43,130 nt of DNA from a virus (lineage: Duplodnaviria; Caudoviricetes). Under the pieces are notes generated by a model. That model did no database searches. It had not been told where the DNA came from and was given only the letters and a program-made list of their open reading frames with translations. Positions 34,533 to 42,535 of the stretch are shown here, piece after piece (the stretch's first letter is position 1; every line of letters begins with the position of its first letter). Position numbers and translations under genes: made by a program. The stretch is from the IMG/VR virus record IMGVR_UViG_3300037313_000786, positions 1 through 43,130 of that record. One strand, written 5' to 3'.

Positions 34533-35455
34533 GCGGCTTCCCCGAGCAGGTTCCGATTGTGCGGCCGGTTGATCCATAGCACTTCGGTTCGCGCCCGTGC
34601 GCCGTCTGCAAGGTGCTTACGTTCGACGCGGCACCAATCGCTCAGCGCCTCGTCATAGAGCGGATGCGGATAGCCTGAGAGGATAACCGTGCCGGCGAGA
34701 CTGCGCAGGAATTGCAGAAGCTCTGCGTGCTCGTCGTCACTCAACTCGACCGCATAATCCTTGCCCGTGTCCGAGCGCGTCGAGAGGACGTAGGGCGGAT
34801 CTACGTAGTGCAGCGTCTCTGGTGTATCATGTGCCGCTATTGTCGCTTTGGCATCGCGGTTCTCAATGACAACGCCGGAGAGCCTGTCGATGATTTGTGC
34901 TAGAGCATCCGGGTAGTTTGACCAGTCGTGTGCCGGCGTCGTTCCGGAGCGGTTGCTATTGGCGCGGAATCCGGTGGATCTGTTGTGCCCGTTGCTGCCG
35001 AAGCCCATGAACGAACGGACGATTAGGCGGCGCGCACTCTCTACCGGATCGTTACACTCGCCATACGCTTCCATGAACTCGTCGCGAGCGAACGGCGTTA
35101 GGCGCACCTTTTCGACAAGTTCGTGTGCGCGGTCTGAGCGCAGCACACGGAACAGGTTAACTACAGCCCCGTCGAGATCGTTATAGACTTCGGCGTAGGC
35201 GCGAGGCTTACGGATTAGGATGGATCCTGCGCCGCCGAACGGTTCGACATAGATCCTGTGCGGCGGGAAAAATCCCATGACCCACGGCGCGAGGTTCCAT
35301 TTGCCGCCGTGCCACCGCAGAAGCGGTCGGCGTGGTTGCCCGCGCAATGGGACACCCACCGAAGGCGGAGACAACGAAGATTGGCTCCGTTCATGGGTGG
35401 CCCGGTTCCGCGAAGCGGAATGCGCCCTGTCCGGTGATTGTGAGTCCCCCACCAT
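34529..35455 (-). CDS. DNA adenine methyltransferase (Dam/D12 family)
   Basis: W.GGK, YVEPFGGAG, ND and DPPY motifs. Confidence 0.92.
   Translation of the reverse strand: MVGDSQSPDRAHSASRNRATHERSQSSLSPPSVGVPLRGQPRRPLLRWHGGKWNLAPWVMGFFPPHRIYVEPFGGAGSILIRKPRAYAEVYNDLDGAVVNLFRVLRSDRAHELVEKVRLTPFARDEFMEAYGECNDPVESARRLIVRSFMGFGSNGHNRSTGFRANSNRSGTTPAHDWSNYPDALAQIIDRLSGVVIENRDAKATIAAHDTPETLHYVDPPYVLSTRSDTGKDYAVELSDDEHAELLQFLRSLAGTVILSGYPHPLYDEALSDWCRVERKHLADGARARTEVLWINRPHNRNLLGEAA
35342..35427 (-). repeat. Dispersed structured element copy F
   Basis: Reverse complement GGGCG..CCGGGC..GGAGCCAATCTTCGTTGTCTCC..CCCATTGCGC; encodes the methylase N-terminal extension. Confidence 0.75.
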
Positions 35456-35489
35456 GACGGCTAACTCTTCTGGGCGATTGCGCTATGGG

Positions 35490-36839
35490 TCATGCCGCGA
35501 GCCTTTCCGCACGAATGGCTTCCACCATCGCGATCCGCTCGCCGATCCAGCGCATGACCGGGACTGCCATCGAATTGCCGAGCGCTTTGTATCGCGGCCC
35601 ATTTGCTGCCGGCTTTCCGCGATAGGGAATGAGGGTGTAATCGTCGGGGAAGCCTTGGAGACGTTCGCACTCACGAGGGGTGAGACGACGCACGGCAGAC
35701 GCTTGGCGGATTGCAGGATAGCCTTGACCCGGTTTCCCGCCGCCCTTGTTCAGCGCCTGCACCGTGTCCGTTTCCCAGACTTGCGCTTGTTGGTTCTCCA
35801 TGAACGCCACTGCCGGCATCACCCCTGCGTTCGCATGGCTTCCCGAATGTCCTCCCGCCCTCAGTGTCGGGGATATGTCGGAAGCGTCGCCGCCGTGGTC
35901 CTTTGCGGTGAAGCAGATTGCGTGCTGGTCGCGGGCGGTGAGCGAATACATCGTGCCGTCCGTGTTGACGCCGATGCCATTCTGCTTCTTCTCGCGCGGC
36001 GTGTTGACCGATTGCAGCGCCACAGGCACCAGCGGCGTTCCGCGCCCCGTCCCGTCCTCGGATGCGTCGAAGCCCTCGGCGCGGAGGGAATGGGCGACGA
36101 TATCGGAGACGCCTTTGTAATCGCGGGCGCTGACCGTCGAAGCTACCGGAGCCGTTCCATATTCGCCGCTCGACTGCCGATCGAATGTCTGGATCAGCCC
36201 TCCGTCGCAGTCGAAGTCTGTTCCGAGGCCACCGCCAGCAGTGCTGCGGCTAGGGATGGTGGGAGATGTTTGCCCATTTTCTCTGCGCGGCGCAGGATGC
36301 CCCGACAGGCTGTGGCGCTCAAATAAAACCGCCGCGGCACGTCGCCAGTCTCCAAGATGTCCAACAAGGATGACGCGACGGCGTCGCTGTGGAACTCCGA
36401 AGAACTGAGCGTCAAGAACTCGGTAGGCGAACCCATACCCGAGTTGCGCCAGCCCTCCGAGGAAGGCTCCAAAAGCCCTTCCTCCGTCAATCGACAGGAC
36501 ACCGGGCACGTTCTCCCAAGCCAGCCAGCGGGGCCGTTTGCGATCAGCAAGGCGGACGTATTCAAGCGTGAGGTTGCCACGCTCGTCATCCAGTCCTTTT
36601 CTAAGGCCTGCAACGCTAAATGACTGACAGGGGGTGCCTCCGACAAGAAGGTCAATTGGGCCATACTCATCGGCTCCGATGGTGGTGAAGTCGCCGTGCA
36701 GCGGGGTGTCGGGATAGTGGTGCTTCAGGATCGCGCGCGGAAACGCCTCGATCTCACTGAACGCGGCGGCTTCCCATCCGAGCGGGTGCCACGCGACCGT
36801 CGCCGCTTCGATGCCGGAGCAGACGGAGAGATACCTCAC
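35490..36839 (-). CDS. DNA cytosine-5 methyltransferase
   Basis: GTPCQ, ENV, QRRRR, RRLTPREC.RLQGFP and GNS motifs. Confidence 0.93.
   Translation of the reverse strand: MRYLSVCSGIEAATVAWHPLGWEAAAFSEIEAFPRAILKHHYPDTPLHGDFTTIGADEYGPIDLLVGGTPCQSFSVAGLRKGLDDERGNLTLEYVRLADRKRPRWLAWENVPGVLSIDGGRAFGAFLGGLAQLGYGFAYRVLDAQFFGVPQRRRRVILVGHLGDWRRAAAVLFERHSLSGHPAPRRENGQTSPTIPSRSTAGGGLGTDFDCDGGLIQTFDRQSSGEYGTAPVASTVSARDYKGVSDIVAHSLRAEGFDASEDGTGRGTPLVPVALQSVNTPREKKQNGIGVNTDGTMYSLTARDQHAICFTAKDHGGDASDISPTLRAGGHSGSHANAGVMPAVAFMENQQAQVWETDTVQALNKGGGKPGQGYPAIRQASAVRRLTPRECERLQGFPDDYTLIPYRGKPAANGPRYKALGNSMAVPVMRWIGERIAMVEAIRAERLAA
36194..36670 (-). CDS. Nested out-of-frame ORF resembling the M.EcoHK31I beta polypeptide
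   Basis: SS..W.NSGM...L.DILET....YLS...C.GILRRA...GK.LP. Confidence 0.6.
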   Translation of the reverse strand: MSMAQLTFLSEAPPVSHLALQALEKDWMTSVATSRLNTSALLIANGPAGWLGRTCPVSCRLTEEGLLEPSSEGWRNSGMGSPTEFLTLSSSEFHSDAVASSLLDILETGDVPRRFYLSATACRGILRRAEKMGKHLPPSLAAALLAVASEQTSTATEG

Positions 36840-37000
36840 AGGAATCTCTCCACCGCCATCTTCATCAAATAAGGCGATTGCAGAAGGACAGAGACATACA
36901 GCGCCCCAAGCGCGAAGAAGAACAGATCCCGAGGAACACGGCAGACCTGGTGGAAATACCAGCGACCGAAGGATGCGATGATGCGGACGGCGCGGGTCAT
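36836..37000 (-). CDS. Small membrane protein (not in ORF track)
   Basis: ATGA/GTGA overlaps on both sides; one TM segment. Confidence 0.6.
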   Translation of the reverse strand: MTRAVRIIASFGRWYFHQVCRVPRDLFFFALGALYVSVLLQSPYLMKMAVERFL

Positions 37001-37356
37001 GCCGTTTCTCCCGTCAGTCTGCGGGCAAGCTCGATGATCTCCGCGCCGATCTTCTCCGGCGAGCAGCCTTTGAACTCGGACGCATACATGTTGATCTCGG
37101 CCAGGATGCCCGTGAGAAACCGCGGCCCGAGAACCGACGCGATCGACAGCAGATCACACAGCGGGATCGCCGCCATTTCCGTGTGACTGCGGTAGGATTC
37201 GATCAGTCGCTCGGGAACTCCGGAGAGCTTTTCCAGCTGTTCATTTGTGACCTTCTGGAGCCGCATTTCCCGGCCAAGCGCGCGGGCCGTAATGGTGTTC
37301 GTATGTTCACGGGAAAAGAGCCGTTCATTTCCCGTTTCGCTGGGGCGGGTAGCCAT
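36997..37356 (-). CDS. CII-like HTH regulator
   Basis: HTH-like segment; position after cro. Confidence 0.55.
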   Translation of the reverse strand: MATRPSETGNERLFSREHTNTITARALGREMRLQKVTNEQLEKLSGVPERLIESYRSHTEMAAIPLCDLLSIASVLGPRFLTGILAEINMYASEFKGCSPEKIGAEIIELARRLTGETA

Positions 37357-37551
37357 CTAAAAGCCGCTCCCGTCATGAGTGCGAAACATGACTTGTGCGA
37401 GCCGGTCGCTGCGTTCCTTGCGCCTCCCCCCCGCGGTACTCGTGGTGACCGGCAAGCCCCCACACATCTGAGGAAGACACAGCAGGAAGGTGAACCCGCC
37501 AGCAATCGCGGCTGCGTAAATCGTGACGGCGATGATTTCCCCCGCGTTCAC
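37357..37551 (-). CDS. Small TM protein
   Basis: Hydrophobic N-terminus, coupled ORF. Confidence 0.5.
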   Translation of the reverse strand: MNAGEIIAVTIYAAAIAGGFTFLLCLPQMCGGLPVTTSTAGGRRKERSDRLAQVMFRTHDGSGF

Positions 37552-37645
37552 GGCTACAGGTCCGTGCGGGTGAGTGGACGGAGCGCAGGGGCATGTGTCG
37601 CCCCGTCCACCATTGGCGCAGGGGAATCAGGGGCAACCCTGCGCA

Positions 37646-37837
37646 TTAAGCTGCCATGCCGAAAAAGTCGTTGGCCGTGACGCGCGAGGCAGTCGCCAGC
37701 GCGATCCGCCGCATCACGTCCGGTTCGGGGATACGGCCTTTAAGATACCGCTGCACCGCCTGGCGGCTCACGCCGATTTTCTTGGCGAATTGAGAGCCGC
37801 TGAGCTGTGCTTCATCAAGGTAGTCAGCAAGGGTCAC
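37646..37837 (-). CDS. Cro-like HTH repressor (probably leaderless)
   Basis: TLADYL...SQFAKKIGVSRQAVQRY..GRIP...VTANDF. Confidence 0.88.
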   Translation of the reverse strand: MTLADYLDEAQLSGSQFAKKIGVSRQAVQRYLKGRIPEPDVMRRIALATASRVTANDFFGMAA

Positions 37838-37840
37838 AGC

Positions 37841-37891
37841 GACACCGTAGCGGGGTCGCATGGGTGTGTCAAGCGACACCGCTTATGCTAG
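37841..37891 (-). promoter_or_regulatory. pR-like promoter with operators
   Basis: TTGACA-N17-TACGGT; GACACCG-TAG-CGGGGTC at 37841, GACACCG half-site at 37875. Confidence 0.7.
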
Positions 37892-37926
37892 TAGCGCAAA
37901 AATGTTATCGTAGGCATTCCTATGGC

Positions 37927-38361
37927 GTGCTTACGTTGCGGATACAGGAAAACATAAAAACGCTTCGTGAGAAGCGGGGCTGGTCGCGTTCGCAGCTGGG
38001 GCAAATGCTGTCCCCGCAAACCTCGCGCCAGCAGATCGAAAAGCTCGAAAAAGGGGAGCGCCCACTAACCGTCGATTGGATTGAGCGGATAGCAATAGCG
38101 CTCGAAGTCGATCCCGCCGCTTTGGTGGCCGGCGAGTCAGGCGAGTTTATTCTGACTGAACAAGTCGCAGACGAGGTTGCCCGCTCGCTCGCTCGCGTAG
38201 CATTGCGAGGCGCTGAGCCCGATCGCGCGACGGTCCAAGTTCTCTCTGTAATGTTGACAGAGCTGTTCGATATGTTCGCAAGGCATCCAGCAACGCGAAC
38301 CGATCTTCAGGCGCTGCGGCCTGCAATTGACTTTCTAGCGCGGCAACACGGGCGGCAATAA
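37927..38361 (+). CDS. CI-like XRE repressor lacking an S24 peptidase domain
   Basis: IKTLREKRGWS.SQL...SRQQI.KLEKGER; divergent from cro; start approximate. Confidence 0.85.
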   Translation: MLTLRIQENIKTLREKRGWSRSQLGQMLSPQTSRQQIEKLEKGERPLTVDWIERIAIALEVDPAALVAGESGEFILTEQVADEVARSLARVALRGAEPDRATVQVLSVMLTELFDMFARHPATRTDLQALRPAIDFLARQHGRQ

Positions 38362-38521
38362 CCTCCGTGCACCGCTGCCGCCACTCGTCGGCGGCAGTCT
38401 CCGCCTCAAAACGCAACAAGGCTTCCACACCACTACCCCTCCCCTGGATGACCCGAGCATCCAGATAGTTCACGCGCACGAGCCTTTCGGCAAGCTTAAT
38501 CGGGGTTAGGTGCATAGCCAT
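38147..38521 (-). CDS. SOS-regulated gene antisense to the repressor (antirepressor candidate)
   Basis: GGGAG RBS; LexA box directly upstream; helical protein ending LRLVQSE. Confidence 0.6.
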   Translation of the reverse strand: MAMHLTPIKLAERLVRVNYLDARVIQGRGSGVEALLRFEAETAADEWRQRCTEVIAARVAALESQLQAAAPEDRFALLDALRTYRTALSTLQRELGPSRDRAQRLAMLRERASGQPRLRLVQSE

Positions 38522-38535
38522 TAACGCGACTCCCT

Positions 38536-38550
38536 GTTCTCCTTATGTTC
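38536..38550. promoter_or_regulatory. Alphaproteobacterial LexA (SOS) box
   Basis: GTTC-TCCTTAT-GTTC matches GTTC-N7-GTTC; intergenic. Confidence 0.8.
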
Positions 38551-38626
38551 TTTTGCCACACGCGCTGGCCTGTAGGAAAGTGCGCGTCCACAAACATAAC
38601 GCATGAAGACCCAACTTTTTTTCATC

Positions 38627-38672
38627 GACACCGAATAGGGGCTTGACGCTGACACCGGAGCGGTGCTAGTCA
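38627..38672 (+). promoter_or_regulatory. pL-like promoter with two operators
   Basis: TTGACG-N16-GCTAGTCA; GACACCG-led 17-mers at 38627 and 38651. Confidence 0.7.
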
Positions 38673-38698
38673 GGGCTCAACCGAATGGAGGTTGAGCA

Positions 38699-39067
38699 AT
38701 GGCTACCGGCTTCACGATTGCAGAGCGGCGTTTTGTAGTTCGCTACACGCCAGCGGCGAAGGTGCTTGCGGCCGCCCGGAAGAACGGATGGACGCCCGAG
38801 AGTGGCGAAAGTCTGCTTGATGCGGTCGGCGACCACTTCTCGTTCGAAGAAACAGACTCCGTTCATGCGAGCGTTGAGAACGCGGTCAAGCGCGCCCAGG
38901 AGCTAATCCACAAGGGGCGCGACCTCTTCGGCCAAACTTCCGTGCACGAAGAAGAGTACCGCCTCATCGTTCCTGAGGACAACTACTCAGACTGGGAGAT
39001 CGTTACCCGCCATAACGTCGATGAAACGGGCGTCATTGAGTCCATCCGCGAGGAGTGTGACGCATGA
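38699..39067 (+). CDS. Early hypothetical protein
   Basis: GGAGG RBS. Confidence 0.75.
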   Translation: MATGFTIAERRFVVRYTPAAKVLAAARKNGWTPESGESLLDAVGDHFSFEETDSVHASVENAVKRAQELIHKGRDLFGQTSVHEEEYRLIVPEDNYSDWEIVTRHNVDETGVIESIREECDA

Positions 39068-39249
39068 CCGGCAGCGACTTCCTCATAATTGTTCGGGTGC
39101 TGACGGAGTTGCATTTGGCCAACCCCAAGAAGGCCGAAAACCTTTGCGCGGAACTCGACCCCACAGGGCGCTTGATGGCTGAGGTCAGGGCGAGCGTCGA
39201 TGCGCGGGTGGATCACAACCGCAAGCGTCTCGCGGAGAAGTCCGCATGA
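39064..39249 (+). CDS. Early hypothetical protein
   Basis: ATGA overlap. Confidence 0.65.
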   Translation: MTGSDFLIIVRVLTELHLANPKKAENLCAELDPTGRLMAEVRASVDARVDHNRKRLAEKSA

Positions 39250-39313
39250 ACGCCCTCTATCTCCTGATCCTTATTCTGCTGATCGCGGGAGTGTGTCTGA
39301 TGAGGGGGTTCGC

Positions 39314-39631
39314 ATGAGCAAGGATATTGGGCGTTCCCCTGCTGCGCAGGGTCGGGCTGCTGCCGCTGACGCGGTGGAACCGGTTCCCGTCTCCAGCAAA
39401 GCCAGCATCCCTAACGCAGAAGAACGACTCTTGCGTGTGCAGACCGCGTTGGAGCGGCGCGTTGCCACTTACTTGCTGAAGCAGCGCCTATCAGACCCAC
39501 TAGGGGATGACGACTGCAACAAGCACGAGCGCTACGCCTTCGCGGTCGAATGCTTCGAGGTGTTCGCGCAAGAGGCTGGCTTGGAGATTCCGCCGTTAAT
39601 CTACCACCACTCCGAGGAGACAGGGGCATGA
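39314..39631 (+). CDS. Early hypothetical protein, N-terminus encoded by element A
   Basis: GAGGGGG RBS. Confidence 0.6.
   Translation: MSKDIGRSPAAQGRAAAADAVEPVPVSSKASIPNAEERLLRVQTALERRVATYLLKQRLSDPLGDDDCNKHERYAFAVECFEVFAQEAGLEIPPLIYHHSEETGA
39329..39417 (+). repeat. Dispersed structured element copy A
   Basis: GGGCGTTCCCCT..GGGTCGGGCT...ATCCCTAACGC. Confidence 0.75.
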
Positions 39632-39981
39632 GCGCGTCACTACCCTGCGTGGTTTGCGAGCGGGAGCTTGAGGACGCAATGCCGGGGACGCGGGACAATC
39701 ACCCCGACGACGGCTGCGCAGCCATAGTTTACGGCAACTATGGTTCAACCGTCTTTGACCCGCTGAACGGCTCCTATCTGGAACTCAACATCTGCGACGG
39801 TTGCTTGGTTGGCGCGGCGTTGAAAGGTCGCGTTCTCTATCATGCCGGGCGCGTCAGGCCACATTTACGCAACCCAACGCCGTGGCAACCGCCCGCGTCA
39901 GCGATCGAAGCGCGAAACGATGTGACCGGAACGGACGCAGCCGAAGGCGAGAGCGCGACCCCGCAGGGGGACGCCCAATGA
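39628..39981 (+). CDS. Cys-motif hypothetical protein, C-terminus encoded by element B
   Basis: CVVC, GNYGSTVFD and ICDGC motifs. Confidence 0.7.
   Translation: MSASLPCVVCERELEDAMPGTRDNHPDDGCAAIVYGNYGSTVFDPLNGSYLELNICDGCLVGAALKGRVLYHAGRVRPHLRNPTPWQPPASAIEARNDVTGTDAAEGESATPQGDAQ
39895..39976 (-). repeat. Dispersed structured element copy B
   Basis: Reverse complement GGGCGTCCCCCTGCGGGGTCGCGCTCTCG...GCTTCGATCGCTGACGC. Confidence 0.75.
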
Positions 39982-40136
39982 ACGCGGTCAACGACAACAC
40001 CATCCCCGACGACAAAGGCATGTCCCTCTATTTCGAGGAAGTCCGCGCAACGCTGCTCCTATGGCTTGCCTACACCTGCGTGGGGTTTGCGATTGTGCTG
40101 TTGTGCTTCTTTGCGGTGGCGGGGGTGAGGCCGTGA
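39978..40136 (+). CDS. Small TM protein
   Basis: Coupled ORF with hydrophobic helix. Confidence 0.6.
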   Translation: MNAVNDNTIPDDKGMSLYFEEVRATLLLWLAYTCVGFAIVLLCFFAVAGVRP

Positions 40137-40405
40137 CTGGGCGCTCCGCTTCGCGGACGGGCTCTCGTCCTACGGATGAAGCCGCAATCTCCGTTGCGTC
40201 TTCACCAAAGGCTTCGATCCCTAGCGCGTTCGACGACGCGATACTCGAAACGGTGGGTTACGCAATCTCCGCCAGCATGTGGGGCAACGCGCAAGCCAAA
40301 ACATTCTTCGAAATCAAGACGCGCAACGTCCATTACGGACTGGCGATCAACGCTGCCCGCGATGCTCTAGTCGCATACACCAAAGCGCGCGGAGAAGCGG
40401 CATGA
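40133..40405 (+). CDS. Hypothetical protein, N-terminus encoded by element C
   Basis: GTGA overlap. Confidence 0.55.
   Translation: MTGRSASRTGSRPTDEAAISVASSPKASIPSAFDDAILETVGYAISASMWGNAQAKTFFEIKTRNVHYGLAINAARDALVAYTKARGEAA
40139..40227 (+). repeat. Dispersed structured element copy C
   Basis: GGGCGCTCCGCTTCGCGGACGGGCTCTCG...GGCTTCGATCCCTAGCGC. Confidence 0.75.
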
Positions 40406-40632
40406 GCATGGACATCCACGAATGCTCCCGCTGCCTCCGTGTCCTCCACACCTACTCCGGAGAGCATCTGTGCAAGACGTGCGCGGAGCTGACGGAACGC
40501 AGCACTTACGATCCCTGGTGGGGCAACCACAAGGCGCATCCCGACGCGGAGCTGGAACGGCGCGTCCGCGAGATCAACGAGCGCGACCTCAAGTTCATCA
40601 TCGAACAGCAGAAGCCTCGGAGGGCAGCATAA
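40402..40632 (+). CDS. Zn-finger-like small protein
   Basis: CSRC...CKTC. Confidence 0.6.
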   Translation: MSMDIHECSRCLRVLHTYSGEHLCKTCAELTERSTYDPWWGNHKAHPDAELERRVREINERDLKFIIEQQKPRRAA

Positions 40633-40868
40633 TGTGTGACCCAACCAAATCCGCATGGGGAATGGACGCCCTGATCGACCTCGAACTGGAGCGCGCATTC
40701 GCGATGTCTCGGGTGTGGGATGAAGCCGCGGATGCACTGAAGCGCGCCATCAACACCGGATCGGATGAAGGTCTGGACGAGTGCGACCGTGCGCTCGCGA
40801 GGTTCTGGGAATTGAACAACAGGGAGGCGGGTGTCGCTAATAACGCGCCGGCCGCACATTCACGATGA
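40632..40868 (+). CDS. Hypothetical protein
   Basis: TAATG coupling. Confidence 0.6.
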   Translation: MCDPTKSAWGMDALIDLELERAFAMSRVWDEAADALKRAINTGSDEGLDECDRALARFWELNNREAGVANNAPAAHSR

Positions 40869-41632
40869 ACGCGCCACACAAGAAACCGCAGGCCGCAGAG
40901 ACGGTCGAGGACGTGCTCAACGATATGGATGCACGGCAGGCCAAGCTGTCCGCATCGCTCGTCAAGGCACTAGCCGAGATCGAGGGTGCGGCCAAGGACA
41001 AGGTGAACCCGCATTTCAAGTCGAAGTATGCGGACATCGCTTCCGTGATCGATGCGATCAAGCCGGTGCTCGCGAAATACGAGTTGGGCTTCACGCAACA
41101 TTCGCAGCCGAGCGAAGACGGCGTGATCGTGGAGACGGTGCTTCACCATGCATCGGGCGACAAGCTCAGCATGGGGGCGCTCTACGTCCCCGCGAACAAG
41201 CGCGACGCACAGGGTTTCGGATCGGCGCTGACTTATGCGCGGCGCTATGCGCTGATGACCGCGTTCGGCGTGCCGGCGGAAGATGACGACGGCAACGCCG
41301 CTGCGGCGAGTTCACGCTCAAACCCTACCACGGGTGAGACGCCACCCGCCAAACGCGTCAAGCTCGACGGCCCCTATACCTGCCCGACGCAGCTGATGAC
41401 CGCTGCCCGCGAGTTCGTCCGCACGCTCGAAAGCATGGGCGACCTGGACGAGTTCATCGCGTGGTCGGAAACCAAGGACTATCGCGAGTTCTGCGAGCAG
41501 CTGGCGCGGGACATGCCCGCATGGTGGGCGACCGGCGAGAACATGCCGGAAGAGTTCGTGCCGCTCGAAATCCGCATCCGCCAGAAGCGCGATGATCTGG
41601 AGCGGGCCGAAGGGATCAAGGTGCGCGCATGA
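40865..41632 (+). CDS. erf: ERF-family single-strand annealing recombinase
   Basis: NPHFKSKYA and GSALTYARRYAL...EDDDGN motifs. Confidence 0.92.
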   Translation: MNAPHKKPQAAETVEDVLNDMDARQAKLSASLVKALAEIEGAAKDKVNPHFKSKYADIASVIDAIKPVLAKYELGFTQHSQPSEDGVIVETVLHHASGDKLSMGALYVPANKRDAQGFGSALTYARRYALMTAFGVPAEDDDGNAAAASSRSNPTTGETPPAKRVKLDGPYTCPTQLMTAAREFVRTLESMGDLDEFIAWSETKDYREFCEQLARDMPAWWATGENMPEEFVPLEIRIRQKRDDLERAEGIKVRA

Positions 41633-41808
41633 CCCTTCGCGAGCGTGCCAGGATTGCCACCGCAGTCCGCCAGAGGATTGCCGAGGAACGCGCCGAGCGG
41701 CTGCGCGAGGCATTGGAGCGCGACGACTGCATCAAGCGCGCCGCACATGCTGCGGGACTGCCGTATCGCACCGCTTGCCGGTATCGGCGGGAGAGGATCG
41801 GAGCGTGA
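41629..41808 (+). CDS. Small HTH-like protein (not in ORF track)
   Basis: CIKRAAHAAGLPYRTACRY; overlaps both neighbours. Confidence 0.55.
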   Translation: MTLRERARIATAVRQRIAEERAERLREALERDDCIKRAAHAAGLPYRTACRYRRERIGA

Positions 41809-42155
41809 GCTTGCCACCCCGCATCCCCAAGCGCCAGAAGCGCGCCTCCCGCTGGCGCAGTCAGGCACACTGCAATTTCGTGCGGCAACATTCGTGCGCG
41901 AACTGCGGGAGCACGGTGAACATTGAGGTCGCCCATGTGCGGCTCGGATCGGGCGCGGGGATCGGAACCAAGCCGGACGACTTTCGCACAGTTTCGCTCT
42001 GCGGGGGTGTGGAGGGCTGCCACGCTAAGCAGCATCGCGTCGGCGAGCGCACCTTCTGGAAGGGCCGGAACGTCGAGGAGATCATCGAGGCGTTCTGCAA
42101 GGCGAGTCCGCGGCGTCACGAGATCGAGCAGGTGAAGAGGGAGCGCGGACTGTGA
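41805..42155 (+). CDS. DUF968/HNH-like Zn nuclease
   Basis: CANCG, AHV, KPDD...LC....CH..QH..GE motifs. Confidence 0.75.
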   Translation: MSLPPRIPKRQKRASRWRSQAHCNFVRQHSCANCGSTVNIEVAHVRLGSGAGIGTKPDDFRTVSLCGGVEGCHAKQHRVGERTFWKGRNVEEIIEAFCKASPRRHEIEQVKRERGL

Positions 42156-42535
42156 GCTACCGTCTCGTCCTGAATAGCGACTTTGCTCGCAAGCGCGCCG
42201 CAACTGCGATCCTTCAGGCACCGGACGGCTATATCTGCCGTGTCGAGGAGCCGAAGCGAACGATCGACCAGAACAGCCGCCTTTGGGCCATGCTCTCCGA
42301 TGTCGCGATGAGCAAGCCAATGGGCCGGATGCACACGCCAGAGGAATGGAAATGCATATTTATGGCGGCGTGCGGTTGGGAGGTCGCGTTTCTTCCCGGA
42401 CTGGATGGGCGGTTTCTGCCCTACGGCTACCGCTCATCGAAGCTCACCAAGAAGCAGATGACCGATCTTCAGGACTTCATCCAGGCATGGGGTGACGAGA
42501 ACGGAGTCCGCTGGTCGATACAGGAGGCAGCATGA
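42152..42535 (+). CDS. ninB: NinB recombination protein
   Basis: KRT.DQN.RLWAML.DVA and SSKL...M motifs. Confidence 0.9.
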   Translation: MSYRLVLNSDFARKRAATAILQAPDGYICRVEEPKRTIDQNSRLWAMLSDVAMSKPMGRMHTPEEWKCIFMAACGWEVAFLPGLDGRFLPYGYRSSKLTKKQMTDLQDFIQAWGDENGVRWSIQEAA

